The notes under the pieces were generated by a model. It had not been told where the DNA came from. It made no database searches and saw only the letters and a program-made list of their open reading frames with translations. DNA of 64,000 bases, taken from contig NZ_JBLXFR010000008.1 of NCBI RefSeq assembly GCF_048261845.1, forward strand, positions 17,150 through 81,149, read 5' to 3'. A program made the translations under genes and the position numbers. Positions 9,277 through 19,757 of this stretch are shown in pieces (the first letter of the stretch is position 1; every line of letters starts with the position of its first letter). Origin of the DNA: Stappia sp. (GTDB lineage: Bacteria; Pseudomonadota; Alphaproteobacteria; Rhizobiales; Stappiaceae).

Positions 9277-11612
9277 GCGCGCCCCCTGCTCCGCTTCATG
9301 AGGGAAACGGCCTTGAGGATCTGTTCCGGTGTCGCCGGAGCATCAAGCTCCGGCACCGCGCCGGGATTGAGGCTCGCCACCGCATCGTGGATGGCGCTGA
9401 ACACGGAGATTGCCAGCATCACCGGGGGCTCGCCCACCGCCTTGGAGCGATAGACGGTCGGCGACGGATTGCCGCTTGAACCGAACAGCTCGACACGGAA
9501 ATCCTCCGGCACGTCGGAGGCCGTCGGGATCTTGTAGGTCGAAGGTGCATGGGTGCGCAGCCGTCCGGCATCGTCCCAGACGAGCTCCTCGGTCGTCAGC
9601 CAGCCCATCCCTTGCACGAAACCTCCCTCGATCTGGCCGATGTCGATGGCCGGATTGAGGGAATGGCCGACATCGTGAAGGATGTCGACCCGGTCGACGC
9701 GCATTTCTCCGGTCATCGTGTCGATGGTGACCTCGGAACAGGCCGCGCCATAGGCGAAGTAGAAGAACGGCTGGCCGGAAGCGCTCGGCCGGTCCCAGGT
9801 GATGCCCGGCGTCGCATAGAACCCCGTGGCGGAAAGCTGGATCCGCGCCATGTGGGCCTCGCGCGCGAGCTGGCCGAGGGAGACGGTTTCCTCGCCGATA
9901 CGCACGGCATTGTCCTGGAAGGCGACGGCATCGGGCTCGACCTGGAAGCGCTCGCAAGCGAAGGCAACCAGCCGCGCCTTGATCTTTTCCGCGGCGATCC
10001 TTGCGGCCATGCCGTTGAGATCCGTGCCGGAGGACGCTGCCGTCGGGCCGGTATTCGGCACCTTGCCGGTATGGGTGGCGGTGATCTTCACACGGTCGAG
10101 CGACACGCCGAACTCCTCGGCGACGACCTGGGCGACCTTCTGGAACAGCCCCTGCCCCATCTCGGTGCCGCCGTGGTTCAGATGGATCGAACCGTCGGTG
10201 TAAAGATGCACCAGCGCACCGGCCTGGTTGAGATGCTTGAGCGTGAAGGAGATGCCGAACTTCACCGGCGTCAGGGCGAGGCCCTTCTTGAGGATCGGGC
10301 TCGCTGCATTGAAGGCGGCGATGCTCTCCCGCCTTGCCCGGTAGTCCGAGCTTTCCTCCAGCTGGTCGACAACGGCATGCAGGGTGGCATGCTCCTCCAC
10401 CTTCATGCCGAAGGGCGTGACATCACGTCCCTCGCCGTAGAAATTCCGCTTGCGGATATCGAGCGGGTCAATACCGAGACGGATCGCGAGCGTGTCCATC
10501 ATCAACTCGGCCGCAAGCATCCCCTGCGGCCCGCCAAACCCGCGAAAGGCGGTGTTCGAACAGGTGTTGGTCTTCAGCCTGCGCGAATGGATCAGGGCAT
10601 CGGGATAGTAGTAGCTGGAGTCGGCGTGGAACATCGCCCGGTCGACGACGCCGAGCGACAGATCGGCGGAATACCCGCAGCGGGCGAAGAAGCGCATGTC
10701 GATGGCACGCACCAGGCCGTTCTCGTCATGTCCGAGAATCCAGTCGGCACGGAAATCGTGCCGCTTGCCGGTCATGATCATGTCGTCGTCACGGTCGAGA
10801 CGCATCTTGCAGGGATGCCCGCTCACCCGCGCCGCGACGGCAGCGATCCCGGCCCAGTGATTGGCCTGGGACTCCTTGCCGCCGAAGCCGCCGCCCATGC
10901 GCCGCACCTCGACGGTGACCGCCGCATCCGGAACGCCGAGCACGCGCGCGATCACGTGCTGCGTCTCGCTCGGATGCTGCGACGAGGTATGCACGAACAT
11001 GTCGCCGTCCTCGCCCGGCACCGCCAGCGAGACCTGCCCTTCCAGATAGAAGTGCTCCTGCCCGCCGATCCGCATCGACCCTTCCAGTCGCTGGCGCGCG
11101 GTGGCCAGTCCGGTCTCCGGAGACCCCTTGCGGAACTGGTAGTCCGGCAGGACGGTCGTATCCGCCGAAACGGCGTCCTCCACAGTCAGCACCGGGGCAA
11201 GCGCCTCGATCTCGAACCGTGCCTTGCGCTCCGCGTGGCGGGCTGCCTCGCGGGTGGTGGCAATGACCGCGAAGACCGGCTGCCCCCAGAACGAAATCTC
11301 TTCGTCGGCGAACATCGGCTCGTCGCCTAGCGCCGGCGAAACGTCATTCTTGCCGGGCACATCGGCGCTGGTGAGAACCGCGACGACGCCGGGAGCAGCA
11401 CGCACTGCGTCCAGGTCGAGCGAGACGATCCTGCCTCTTGTCGCGTCACGTGCCCATCCCGGCACCACATGCAAGGTGCCGGCCGGCTCGCGAATGTCAT
11501 CGACATAGACGGCCTCGCCGGTGACATGGCGTGCGGCGCTGTCATGCGGCGACGGCTGGCGCACCTGCCGAAGCCCGCTCTCTGCCGCACCGGTGTGGTC
11601 TTCAAGCCGCAT
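9273..11612 (-). CDS. xdhB: Xanthine dehydrogenase molybdopterin-binding subunit
   Basis: HDSAARHVTG, GGQEHFYLEG, RRMGGGFGGKE, AFRGFGGPQG, SKAVGEPP. ATG 11612 has a GGAGA RBS (ORF-track start 11630). Confidence 0.95.
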   Translation of the reverse strand: MRLEDHTGAAESGLRQVRQPSPHDSAARHVTGEAVYVDDIREPAGTLHVVPGWARDATRGRIVSLDLDAVRAAPGVVAVLTSADVPGKNDVSPALGDEPMFADEEISFWGQPVFAVIATTREAARHAERKARFEIEALAPVLTVEDAVSADTTVLPDYQFRKGSPETGLATARQRLEGSMRIGGQEHFYLEGQVSLAVPGEDGDMFVHTSSQHPSETQHVIARVLGVPDAAVTVEVRRMGGGFGGKESQANHWAGIAAVAARVSGHPCKMRLDRDDDMIMTGKRHDFRADWILGHDENGLVRAIDMRFFARCGYSADLSLGVVDRAMFHADSSYYYPDALIHSRRLKTNTCSNTAFRGFGGPQGMLAAELMMDTLAIRLGIDPLDIRKRNFYGEGRDVTPFGMKVEEHATLHAVVDQLEESSDYRARRESIAAFNAASPILKKGLALTPVKFGISFTLKHLNQAGALVHLYTDGSIHLNHGGTEMGQGLFQKVAQVVAEEFGVSLDRVKITATHTGKVPNTGPTAASSGTDLNGMAARIAAEKIKARLVAFACERFQVEPDAVAFQDNAVRIGEETVSLGQLAREAHMARIQLSATGFYATPGITWDRPSASGQPFFYFAYGAACSEVTIDTMTGEMRVDRVDILHDVGHSLNPAIDIGQIEGGFVQGMGWLTTEELVWDDAGRLRTHAPSTYKIPTASDVPEDFRVELFGSSGNPSPTVYRSKAVGEPPVMLAISVFSAIHDAVASLNPGAVPELDAPATPEQILKAVSLMKRSRGRA

Positions 11613-13086
11613 TGCTTGTCTCTCCGCCACGCAAACCGGTCACCCGCGTCCTCTCGTCCGGCGTTCCGCCGATTTCCACCAGTGACTTTGCGAGCAAGGC
11701 GCGTGCCACCTCCCGGCGATACGCGTCGCTGGCGCGCATGTCGCTGATCGGATCGAAATCGTCTCCGAGCGCCTTCAGCGCCGCCGCCCAGCTCGACGGC
11801 TGGTCGGGCCGCGCCCCGATCAGCGCCAGCTCAGCTTTTGCCGCACGCCGGGGCGTGGCCGCCATGCCGCCAAATGCAAGGCGCGCGTCCGTCACGATTC
11901 CGTCGGCGAGCGTCAGGCGCAGCGCGCAAAGCACAGCCGTGATGTCCTGGTCGAAGCGCTTGGATATCTTGAAGCAGCGAAACGCATGATTGGGATCAAG
12001 GCGTGGCACGTAGAGACCGGTAACGATCTCGCCGGGCGCCCTGTCCTGCTTGCCGTAATCGATGAAGAAATCCTCAAGCGCCACCGTGCGCGAGGCCGCC
12101 CCCTTGCGCAGTTCCAGCGTCGCACCGAGCGCAATCAGCGCCGGCGGGCTGTCGCCGATGGGCGAACCGTTGGCGATATTGCCGCAGACCGTTCCGGAGG
12201 CCCGCACCTGCCGGGATCCGATCCTCCGCCACAACTCGCCGAGATCCGGATCGATCCGCGCCATGAAGGCGTGCGTGTCCGAGAACGTCGCACCGGCCCC
12301 CATCAGCACGCCGCCGGACGTTTCCTCGACCTTTTCGAAATCGCGTACCCGCCCGAGCCAGATCACCTGCGGCAGGTCGCGAAGCTGTTTGGTCACCCAG
12401 AGCCCGACATCGGTGGCACCGGCAACGATGGTGGCCTGGGGATGCGCCTCGCAAAGTGCCGCCAGGGCGTCGAGAGAGGCCGGCGCTGCGAAGAACCGCT
12501 GTTCGTCGCCGAGCCACAGGTCGTGCGGGTCCCCGGCCATCTCCAGAAGCGCGGCCGTCGTCTCCTCCGCGCGGCGCGAAAACGCATCGTCCGCCACCTG
12601 GAAACAGGCCTCCATCGCAGCGTCGACAATCGGGCGATACCCCGTGCAACGGCACAGGTTGCCGGCCAGCCAGTCGGTGACCGTCTTGCGCGTCGGTTGT
12701 GCATCGGGGGCGTGATACAAGGTGAAAAGGCTCATGATGAAGCCGGGCGTACAGAACCCGCATTGCGACCCGTGGCAGTCGACCATGGCCTGCTGCACCG
12801 GGTGCAGACGCCCGTCCTGAGCGAGGTCCTCCACGGTGACCAGTTCCGCGCCGTCCAGCATGCCGAGAAACTGGATGCAGGAATTGACCGGCTGATAGAC
12901 GAGCCGGCCCTCGACCAACCGGCCGATGGCGACCGTGCAGGCCCCGCAATCGCCTTCGCCGCACCCTTCCTTGGTACCCACGAGACCCCGCCGCAGACGC
13001 AGATAGTCGAGCACCGTTTCGGTGGGTCGCACATCGGCGAGTTCGACGATCTGACCCTTGTGCAGGAAGCGGAGTTGCCGGCGCAT
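11602..13086 (-). CDS. xdhA: Xanthine dehydrogenase small (2Fe-2S/FAD) subunit
   Basis: GTKEGCGEGDCGAC, QCGFCTPG, NLCRCTGY, AGATDVGL, KISKRFDQD. Confidence 0.95.
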   Translation of the reverse strand: MRRQLRFLHKGQIVELADVRPTETVLDYLRLRRGLVGTKEGCGEGDCGACTVAIGRLVEGRLVYQPVNSCIQFLGMLDGAELVTVEDLAQDGRLHPVQQAMVDCHGSQCGFCTPGFIMSLFTLYHAPDAQPTRKTVTDWLAGNLCRCTGYRPIVDAAMEACFQVADDAFSRRAEETTAALLEMAGDPHDLWLGDEQRFFAAPASLDALAALCEAHPQATIVAGATDVGLWVTKQLRDLPQVIWLGRVRDFEKVEETSGGVLMGAGATFSDTHAFMARIDPDLGELWRRIGSRQVRASGTVCGNIANGSPIGDSPPALIALGATLELRKGAASRTVALEDFFIDYGKQDRAPGEIVTGLYVPRLDPNHAFRCFKISKRFDQDITAVLCALRLTLADGIVTDARLAFGGMAATPRRAAKAELALIGARPDQPSSWAAALKALGDDFDPISDMRASDAYRREVARALLAKSLVEIGGTPDERTRVTGLRGGETSNAA

Positions 13087-13089
13087 CGC

Positions 13090-13452
13090 CTAGCTCCCCC
13101 TGTAGGTGGAATAGCCGAAGGGCGAGAGCAGCAGGGGCACGTGGTAATGCGCGGCGGCGTCGGCGATCCCGAAGCGCAGCGGAACGACATCGAGGAACGG
13201 CGGATCGGGCAGCTTGGCCCCCGAAGTGGCCAGATAGGCGCCTGCCTCGAACCTGAGCTCGTAAATGCCTGTCACGAAGGCATTGCCTTCCAGCAGCGGG
13301 GCATCGACACGGCCATCGGCATTGGTGACGGCCCGGGCAATGCAGCTGAACGCCTCGTCGTCCGCTCCCTCGGCCTTCCACAGCGAGAGGGCAAGGCCGG
13401 CTGCGGGCTTGCCAAGCGCGGTGTCGAGAACATGCGTGGTCAGTCGTCCCAT
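13090..13452 (-). CDS. uraH: 5-hydroxyisourate hydrolase (transthyretin-like)
   Basis: [27 protein letters not shown]-terminal signature. Confidence 0.95.
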   Translation of the reverse strand: MGRLTTHVLDTALGKPAAGLALSLWKAEGADDEAFSCIARAVTNADGRVDAPLLEGNAFVTGIYELRFEAGAYLATSGAKLPDPPFLDVVPLRFGIADAAAHYHVPLLLSPFGYSTYRGS

Positions 13453-13581
13453 CGTCCCATTCCGTATCTGTTCGGCGTCGCGCGCCGGGGTCCGGTCAAG
13501 TCTGAACCATGACCGTCGCTTGGGCACGCCTTGAAAGAGTGCAACAGCATTGTGACAGCGACCAGAACAGATTCGCGCGCC

Positions 13582-14523
13582 CTAAGATGCCGTTTCGGCA
13601 TCGATATGTGAAAGGCGTTCTCTCAATGCGGTCACGGAATGGTCAAAGAACGCATGTGCCGCATGGCTGAGCCCGCGATGCGACGACGTCAGCACCGTGA
13701 ACCGGTCCCGTTGCAGCGGCGGATCGCGCAGGGGCAGGAAGACAAGCGATCCGTCGGCAAGCTCGCGCTCCAGCCCCAGAATGGTCTGGAAGATGACGGC
13801 ATCGTCGGCAATGGCAAGGGCTTTCATCAGCTTCAGCGAGTTCGCCTCGACAAAGGCTCCCAGGCCGAGCGGCTGGTCGGCAAGCACCAGGTCTATCCGC
13901 TTGCGCAGCGACAGTCCGGGCGACGGCAGGCAGAAGGGATAGGCCAGGCACTCGGCAAGGCTCGGCCGGTGCGTACCCGTCAGCGGATGGCCGGGACGAA
14001 CCACGGCGCCGATCGCAAGATCGCGGTGAAAGGCGATGTCGAGACGCGGGTCCTCCGGCGGCTCGAAGGTGAAACCGACATCGGTCTCGCCGGCGATGAC
14101 CGCTTGCGCCACCTGCTCGGAACCGGTGAGCCGGACGGTGATATGAATGCCCGGGAACTTGCGCCGGAACGCCGCGATGACCCCGGGCAACAGGCTTTCC
14201 GCCACGCTTTCAACGCTTGTGACATGCACGCCGCCGCGCTGCATGCCGGTCAGGGCGTCGAGATCGCCGGCGGTGGCATCGAAATCCGACAGGGTGCGAA
14301 GCACATGGGCGCGCAGGATCTCGCCTGCCGGTGTCAGCCGGACGCCCCGTGCCACCCGGTCGAAAAGCGCATGTCCGAGGGTTTCCTCAAGCCAGAGGAT
14401 CTGCCGGTTGACGGCGCTCGAGGCGACGTTGAGTTCGCGCGCCGCGGCGCGAATGGATCCGGATGCGGCCACTGCCGCGAAATAGCGAAGCGCAGGACCA
14501 TAGAGATGACGCGCACGATCCAT
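13582..14523 (-). CDS. LysR-family transcriptional regulator
   Basis: LRYFAAVAASGSIRAAARELNVASSAVNRQI HTH; directly upstream of uraH-xdh. Confidence 0.92.
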   Translation of the reverse strand: MDRARHLYGPALRYFAAVAASGSIRAAARELNVASSAVNRQILWLEETLGHALFDRVARGVRLTPAGEILRAHVLRTLSDFDATAGDLDALTGMQRGGVHVTSVESVAESLLPGVIAAFRRKFPGIHITVRLTGSEQVAQAVIAGETDVGFTFEPPEDPRLDIAFHRDLAIGAVVRPGHPLTGTHRPSLAECLAYPFCLPSPGLSLRKRIDLVLADQPLGLGAFVEANSLKLMKALAIADDAVIFQTILGLERELADGSLVFLPLRDPPLQRDRFTVLTSSHRGLSHAAHAFFDHSVTALRERLSHIDAETAS

Positions 14524-14540
14524 GGCCTGCCGTCCGGTTG

Positions 14541-14582
14541 CACCGGGAGAGGAACCGCTTGAAAGCGGCTCCTCTCCCGGTG
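14541..14582 (-). other. Long RNA hairpin between qor and the LysR gene
   Basis: CACCGGGAGAGGAACCGCT-TGAA-AGCGGCTCCTCTCCCGGTG, a 19-bp stem whose one mismatch is a G.U pair on the minus strand. No U-tract. Confidence 0.7.
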
Positions 14583-14587
14583 TGTGT

Positions 14588-15565
14588 TCAGGGAACGAAA
14601 ACCGTCGTGCCCGTGGTCTTGCGGCCCTGAAGATCCTGGTGGGCACGCACGGCATCGGAGAGCGCGTATTCCTGGTTCACCTGGATCTTCACATCGCCCG
14701 AGCGAACGACGTCGAAGAGGTCGTTGGCCGTCTCCTCGAGGTCTGCGCGCGTGGCGATATAGGAAAAGAGCGTCGGACGGGTCGCGAAGAGCGAGCCTTT
14801 CGGGCCGAGCAAGCCGAGATTGAAATCGGTGATGGGGCCCGACGACTGGCCGAACGAAACCCACAGGCCGAGCGGCCGCAGGCAGTCGAGCGAGCCGGGA
14901 TAGGTGTCCTTGCCGACGGAATCATAGACGACGTCGCAAAGCTTGCCGCCGGTGATCTCGCGCACCCGCTCGACGAAATTCTCGCTCCGGTAGTTGATCA
15001 CATGAGTGTAGCCGTTGGCCCGGGCGAGCTCAGCCTTTTCCTCGGACCCGACCGTTCCGATCACCGTTGCGCCGAGCTTCGCCGCCCACTGGCCGGCGAT
15101 CAGGCCGACGCCGCCCGCCGCCGCGTGGAACAGCAGCGTCGTGTCCGAGGTGACGTTGAAAGTCCGTCGCAAGAGATAGCGCGCGGTCATGCCCTTCAGC
15201 ATCATGCCGGCGGCCGTCTTGTCGTCGACCCCTTCCGGGATCCTGACCAGCCTGTCGGCCGGCACCAGCCGCTCCTCGGCATAGGATCCGAGCGGGCCGA
15301 CATAAGCAACCCGGTCGCCGGGCGCGACATGGGTGACGCCTTCGCCAACGGCCAGGACCTCGCCCGCCCCCTCGTTGCCGGGAATGAACGGCGTGCCTGC
15401 AGGCGCCGGATAGAGGCCGGAGCGGAAGTAGGTGTCGATGAAGTTCAGGCCGATCGCCGTGTGGCGGACGCGCGCCTCGCCCGCTGCCGGCGCCCCGACC
15501 TCGATTTCCTCCCAGCGCATGACCTCGGGTCCGCCGGTCTCGTGAACCCTGATTGCGTGAACCAT
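14588..15565 (-). CDS. qor: NADPH:quinone oxidoreductase (zeta-crystallin family)
   Basis: AIGLNFIDTYFRSGLY, HAAAGGVG, VVYDSVGKDT, RKTTG. Confidence 0.92.
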   Translation of the reverse strand: MVHAIRVHETGGPEVMRWEEIEVGAPAAGEARVRHTAIGLNFIDTYFRSGLYPAPAGTPFIPGNEGAGEVLAVGEGVTHVAPGDRVAYVGPLGSYAEERLVPADRLVRIPEGVDDKTAAGMMLKGMTARYLLRRTFNVTSDTTLLFHAAAGGVGLIAGQWAAKLGATVIGTVGSEEKAELARANGYTHVINYRSENFVERVREITGGKLCDVVYDSVGKDTYPGSLDCLRPLGLWVSFGQSSGPITDFNLGLLGPKGSLFATRPTLFSYIATRADLEETANDLFDVVRSGDVKIQVNQEYALSDAVRAHQDLQGRKTTGTTVFVP

Positions 15566-15646
15566 TTCCTGTGCTCCCATCGGGACTTGTTGTCGAACTG
15601 GACGGGATCATGGGGTTGCCGGGAGGTGCCGGCAACCCTTTTCGCG

Positions 15647-16369
15647 TTACTGGTGTTTCGCCCGGCGGCGACGCGACGCCAGGATGTTGATGATCTCGAC
15701 ACCGGCCGAGAAGGCCATGGCGAAGTAGATGTAGCCGCGCGGGATGTGGAAGCCGAGACCGTCCGCCACCAGCGCAACGCCGATCAGAAGCAGGAAGGCC
15801 AGCGCCAGCATCTTGGTCGTCGGATGTTTCTGGACGAAGGCAGAGATCGGCCCGGAAGCCAGGTACATCGCAATCATCGAGATGATCACGGCCGCGACCA
15901 TCACCTCGATATGCTCGGCCATGCCGATCGCCGTGACGATGGAATCGACCGAGAACACCATGTCGATGACGATGATCTGGGCAATCACCGCGCCGAAGCT
16001 CGCCACCGCCGCCGATCCGCCCGCATCGTGGCCGCCCTCGATGCCCTGGTGAATCTCGTGGGTGCCCTTGACGATCAGGAACAGGCCGCCGGCAAGCAGG
16101 ATCAGGTCGCGCCAGGAGATGTCTTCTCCGAAAACGATAAAGACCGGCGCGGTCAGGCCGATCAGCACCGTCAGGATGGACAAGAGCGCGATGCGGAAGA
16201 TCAGGGCCAGCGCCAGACCGATCTGGCGGGCACGCTTGGCCTGCTGCGGGTCGAGCCGGCTGACCAGTACCGAAATGAAGATGATGTTGTCGATGCCGAG
16301 CACGATCTCCATGACCGTCAGGGTCAGGAGGCTTGCCCAGACAGCCGGATCATTCAGCAGTTCGATCAT
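15647..16369 (-). CDS. TerC-family membrane protein
   Basis: MEIVLGIDNIIFI, DMVFSVDSIVTA, HPTTKMLALAFL, RGYIYFAMAFS. Confidence 0.92.
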   Translation of the reverse strand: MIELLNDPAVWASLLTLTVMEIVLGIDNIIFISVLVSRLDPQQAKRARQIGLALALIFRIALLSILTVLIGLTAPVFIVFGEDISWRDLILLAGGLFLIVKGTHEIHQGIEGGHDAGGSAAVASFGAVIAQIIVIDMVFSVDSIVTAIGMAEHIEVMVAAVIISMIAMYLASGPISAFVQKHPTTKMLALAFLLLIGVALVADGLGFHIPRGYIYFAMAFSAGVEIINILASRRRRAKHQ

Positions 16370-16464
16370 GCCGGGTCCTCGTCTTGCAAGGGGCGGCATC
16401 GGGGGAAAGGAGCGCCGCCCTCACCTCCTCATGACAAATGCCCGGACGGAATCCAAGTGGGAAT

Positions 16465-17196
16465 TCAGGCCCCGCGCAGGGCTCCAAGGCCCTGCTGCAC
16501 GGCGGACACGCAGAGCAGGTAGACGCTGGAAACGGCGAGCGCCCACTTGGCGATGCCTTCCGCCGACATGCCGTTGGCGATGGCGAACCCTGCCGCGACA
16601 AACCACACGAGCGTCATGGCCAGCGTCAGGATGCGCCACTTCACGACGCGCACCGGATGGATGAAGCGGATCGGGGCAAATGTCAGTGCGCAAAGCGCGA
16701 CCACGAAGATCACCGTGAACACCTGCGACGACGACAGCACCATCAGGCCGAAGACGACCATGTTCCAGCCGGCCGGGAACCCCTTGAAGGAGCCGTCCGG
16801 CTGCTTCATGCCGTTGTCGGCGAAGTACAGCGCACCGGTGAACACGACGAGGCCGCCGCAGATCCAGTTCCAGGGCGTCGACAGCATGTCACTGGCGGCA
16901 AGGGCGAAAGCCGGCAGGAAGACATAGGTGGCGTAGTCGATGACGAAATCCAGCGAGGCGCCGGACCATTGCGGCATGCGCCTGGCGATATCGAAACGGC
17001 GCGCCAGGGGGCCGTCGATGCCGTCGATGACGAGCGCAATGCCGAGCCAGACGAAAAGCATGCTCCAGTCGCCCCGCGATCCGGCCAGCAGGGCGAGCAA
17101 CGCGATGGGAGCGCCTAGCGCGGTCAGGACATGAATGAGAAACAGCGGATGGGCGCTTTTGAGCCGTTCCGCGACGCCTGCGTCGATATCCGCCAT
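16465..17196 (-). CDS. pcs: Phosphatidylcholine synthase (CDP-alcohol phosphotransferase)
   Basis: HVLTALGA, IDGIDGPLAR, LDFVIDYATYV, FKGFPAGWN. Start uncertain (17196 or 17274). Confidence 0.85.
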   Translation of the reverse strand: MADIDAGVAERLKSAHPLFLIHVLTALGAPIALLALLAGSRGDWSMLFVWLGIALVIDGIDGPLARRFDIARRMPQWSGASLDFVIDYATYVFLPAFALAASDMLSTPWNWICGGLVVFTGALYFADNGMKQPDGSFKGFPAGWNMVVFGLMVLSSSQVFTVIFVVALCALTFAPIRFIHPVRVVKWRILTLAMTLVWFVAAGFAIANGMSAEGIAKWALAVSSVYLLCVSAVQQGLGALRGA

Positions 17197-17357
17197 CTTG
17201 CCCTTTGCCACAGGCCTTGCCTCGCGAAATGGTTCGCGTCGTCGATCCGACGAGACGAGAGAAACATCTCCCAAACTCTTCCTATGCCTTCATGTGCGCC
17301 AGACTGCAACACAACTGACATGGAATTGTCGCAAATGATCTTGCGCCGACGGCCTGC

Positions 17358-18305
17358 TCAAAACCCTGTTATTGCCTTCCCGGCATCGGAGGCCGCCAGC
17401 AAAAAACCGCCCCAAAGCAGGAACAGTGCCCCGACGGCGCGGGGCACCCACATGGCGTGAACGGTCTTCTCGACAGCCATCAGCAGTCCCAGAACGGCGA
17501 TCCACACGACATTCATGATGCCGACCGCGAACATCACAGTCATCAGTGCCCAGCAACAGCCAAGGCACAGCAATCCCTGGAAGACGCCAAGACGAAACAC
17601 GCCGAAGTAATCCTCCGGCACCCGTTCGAGGAAAAAGGGAAGCGGGCGACGGCAACGCATGAGGCAGGCAAGCTTGGCCGGCGTGAACTGGTAGATCCCC
17701 GCCGCGATCAACGTGGTCCCGGCAAGGACGAGTGTTGCCGGCGCCATCATCGGCGACACCAGTCGCAGGGCGGTCAGCCCGCCCTGTGCCGCGGTCGCGA
17801 CGACCGCATAGGCAACCCAGACGGAAAGATAGCCGAGCGCAAGGGTCACGACCGGCAGGGCGCGCGCGTCACGCCCCGCGATCAGGCGCGGCTGCTCCGA
17901 GTATGTCGCGATCATCGGTGCGGCACCGGGCAGCATCATGGCCAGCGCCATCATCACCCACATGACGAAGACAAGGCCGGCATCGCCGGCAGACCACGCA
18001 CTGCCGACAGGCATGCCGAAGGTTGCCGCCCCTTCCGGCAGGCAGATGGCGGCAAGGGCCGCGCGTGCTTCCGCCGGAAGCCCTGAAAAGATGTTGAACC
18101 GGTTGAATGCCCCCATCCCGGGCCCGAGTTCCGACATGTCCATGACCGGAACCATGGCCGTGACCATCGCCGCGAGATAGGCCCATCCGGCCAGCGCTGC
18201 CACGCCGACAGCCAGAAAGACGGCGCCCCTGGGCCTGCGGGCAAGCGCGTGCAGGCCCGGCATGCGCCCTGCTCCGTCCCGCTGCGTTTTCGCCCGTCCG
18301 GTCAT
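17358..18305 (-). CDS. DUF2182 predicted metal-binding membrane protein
   Basis: MWVMMALAMMLP, YQFTPAKLACLMRCR, CLGCCWALM, EK motif; GGAG RBS before ATG 18305. Confidence 0.85.
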   Translation of the reverse strand: MTGRAKTQRDGAGRMPGLHALARRPRGAVFLAVGVAALAGWAYLAAMVTAMVPVMDMSELGPGMGAFNRFNIFSGLPAEARAALAAICLPEGAATFGMPVGSAWSAGDAGLVFVMWVMMALAMMLPGAAPMIATYSEQPRLIAGRDARALPVVTLALGYLSVWVAYAVVATAAQGGLTALRLVSPMMAPATLVLAGTTLIAAGIYQFTPAKLACLMRCRRPLPFFLERVPEDYFGVFRLGVFQGLLCLGCCWALMTVMFAVGIMNVVWIAVLGLLMAVEKTVHAMWVPRAVGALFLLWGGFLLAASDAGKAITGF

Positions 18306-18492
18306 GTACGCTTCTCCGTTTCCGCGTTTCGGCCCCGCGCAAGGCACGCGGTCACAGGTAGCAAAGGAGGTGCATCCGTTCATCCGCGTCCTTGCGGATG
18401 CGACCAATCGCGCATGTCCCGAGCTTGCAAATCCGCGCCGGACAGTCATCTTCCACACGAGAGAGTATGCAGATCCGCCGAGGGAGCCGGCA

Positions 18493-19746
18493 ATGACAAA
18501 GCGCAGATCCGCCAGTTCGGAAAAATCGACGGCAGGGCCCCCTGCCGACAAGGTGGCTGTCGCGATTGTCGGCGCGGGTCCTTCCGGCATGACGATGGCG
18601 ATCGCGCTTGCCCGTCACGGGTTTTCCGTGGCGCTTGTCGCCCCGGCCCTGCCTGCACATGACGACAGGACGACGGCGCTTCTTGATTCGTCCGTGGAGA
18701 TGCTGCGCGCACTCGGGCTGTGGGCCGACGTCGAGCCGCATACGGCGCCGCTTCGGCACATGCGCCTGATCGATGCCACGGGGCGCCTGTTGCGCGCGCC
18801 GGAGGTCGTCTTCGATGCATCGGAACTGAAGCTCGATGCCTTCGGCCACAACATCCGGAACAGCGAACTGAACAGCGCCCTTGCCGCCGCTTGCGGGCAG
18901 GAAGCCTCGTTGCTGCGCATCGAGGACCGGCTGGCGCATGTCGAGACCGGGACCGACGGTGCAACGCTGGTGCTGGAGAGCGGCCGACAGGTCGAGGCAC
19001 GTCTCGTCATCGGCGCGGACGGCCGCATGTCGGCCGTGCGCACGGCTGCCGGCATCGCGGCGAAGTCCTGGCGCTATCCGCAATCCGCGCTGGTGCTCAA
19101 CCTCGAGCACGAGGTTTCGCACCACAACCATTCCAACGAGTTCCATACGCCAACGGGCCCCTTCACGCTGGTGCCCCTGACGGGCCGCCGGTCCTCGCTC
19201 GTCTGCGTGGAACAGCCCGACGAGGCCGAGCGGCTTTTCGCCATGGACGACGAGACGCTGTCCCTGGAACTGGAGCGCCGGGCTGCCTCGATTCTCGGGC
19301 GCATGCGGATCGCCGGCAAGCGGCAGGTCTATCCGCTTGGCGGCATGACGGCGGAAACGGTCGCCGCCAATCGCTGTGCGCTCGTCGGCGAGGCAGCTCA
19401 CGCCTTCCCGCCCATCGGGGCGCAAGGGCTCAACCTCGGACTGCGCGATGTCGCGGCGCTTGCCGAACTGCTGGTCGCGGCCAGGAGCAAGGGCGAGGAT
19501 ATCGGCTCGGACGCGGTTCTTGCCCGCTACGAGCGCGCCCGGCGCCCGGACATCGCCTCGCGGACCACTGCGGTCGACCTTCTCAACCGGTCGCTGATGA
19601 GCGACCTGTTGCCGGTGCAGGCGCTGCGCAGCGTCGGGCTTTATGCGGCCAGCCGTGTGCCTCCCCTGCGCCGCCTGCTGATGCGCGAGGGCATTGCGCC
19701 GATGATGGCGCGGCCGCGCTTGATGCGCGGGCTTTCGCTCAGCTGA
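18493..19746 (+). CDS. UbiH/UbiF/UbiL-family FAD hydroxylase (ubiquinone biosynthesis)
   Basis: GAGPSG, VIGADGRMS, GEAAHAFPPIGAQGLNLGLRD. Confidence 0.9.
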   Translation: MTKRRSASSEKSTAGPPADKVAVAIVGAGPSGMTMAIALARHGFSVALVAPALPAHDDRTTALLDSSVEMLRALGLWADVEPHTAPLRHMRLIDATGRLLRAPEVVFDASELKLDAFGHNIRNSELNSALAAACGQEASLLRIEDRLAHVETGTDGATLVLESGRQVEARLVIGADGRMSAVRTAAGIAAKSWRYPQSALVLNLEHEVSHHNHSNEFHTPTGPFTLVPLTGRRSSLVCVEQPDEAERLFAMDDETLSLELERRAASILGRMRIAGKRQVYPLGGMTAETVAANRCALVGEAAHAFPPIGAQGLNLGLRDVAALAELLVAARSKGEDIGSDAVLARYERARRPDIASRTTAVDLLNRSLMSDLLPVQALRSVGLYAASRVPPLRRLLMREGIAPMMARPRLMRGLSLS

Positions 19747-19757
19747 TCAGCAGCCGT

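Noticed and set aside
16370-16464. yybP-ykoY manganese riboswitch upstream of terC
   Set aside because: The 95-nt spacer shows none of the conserved riboswitch motifs I can recognise.
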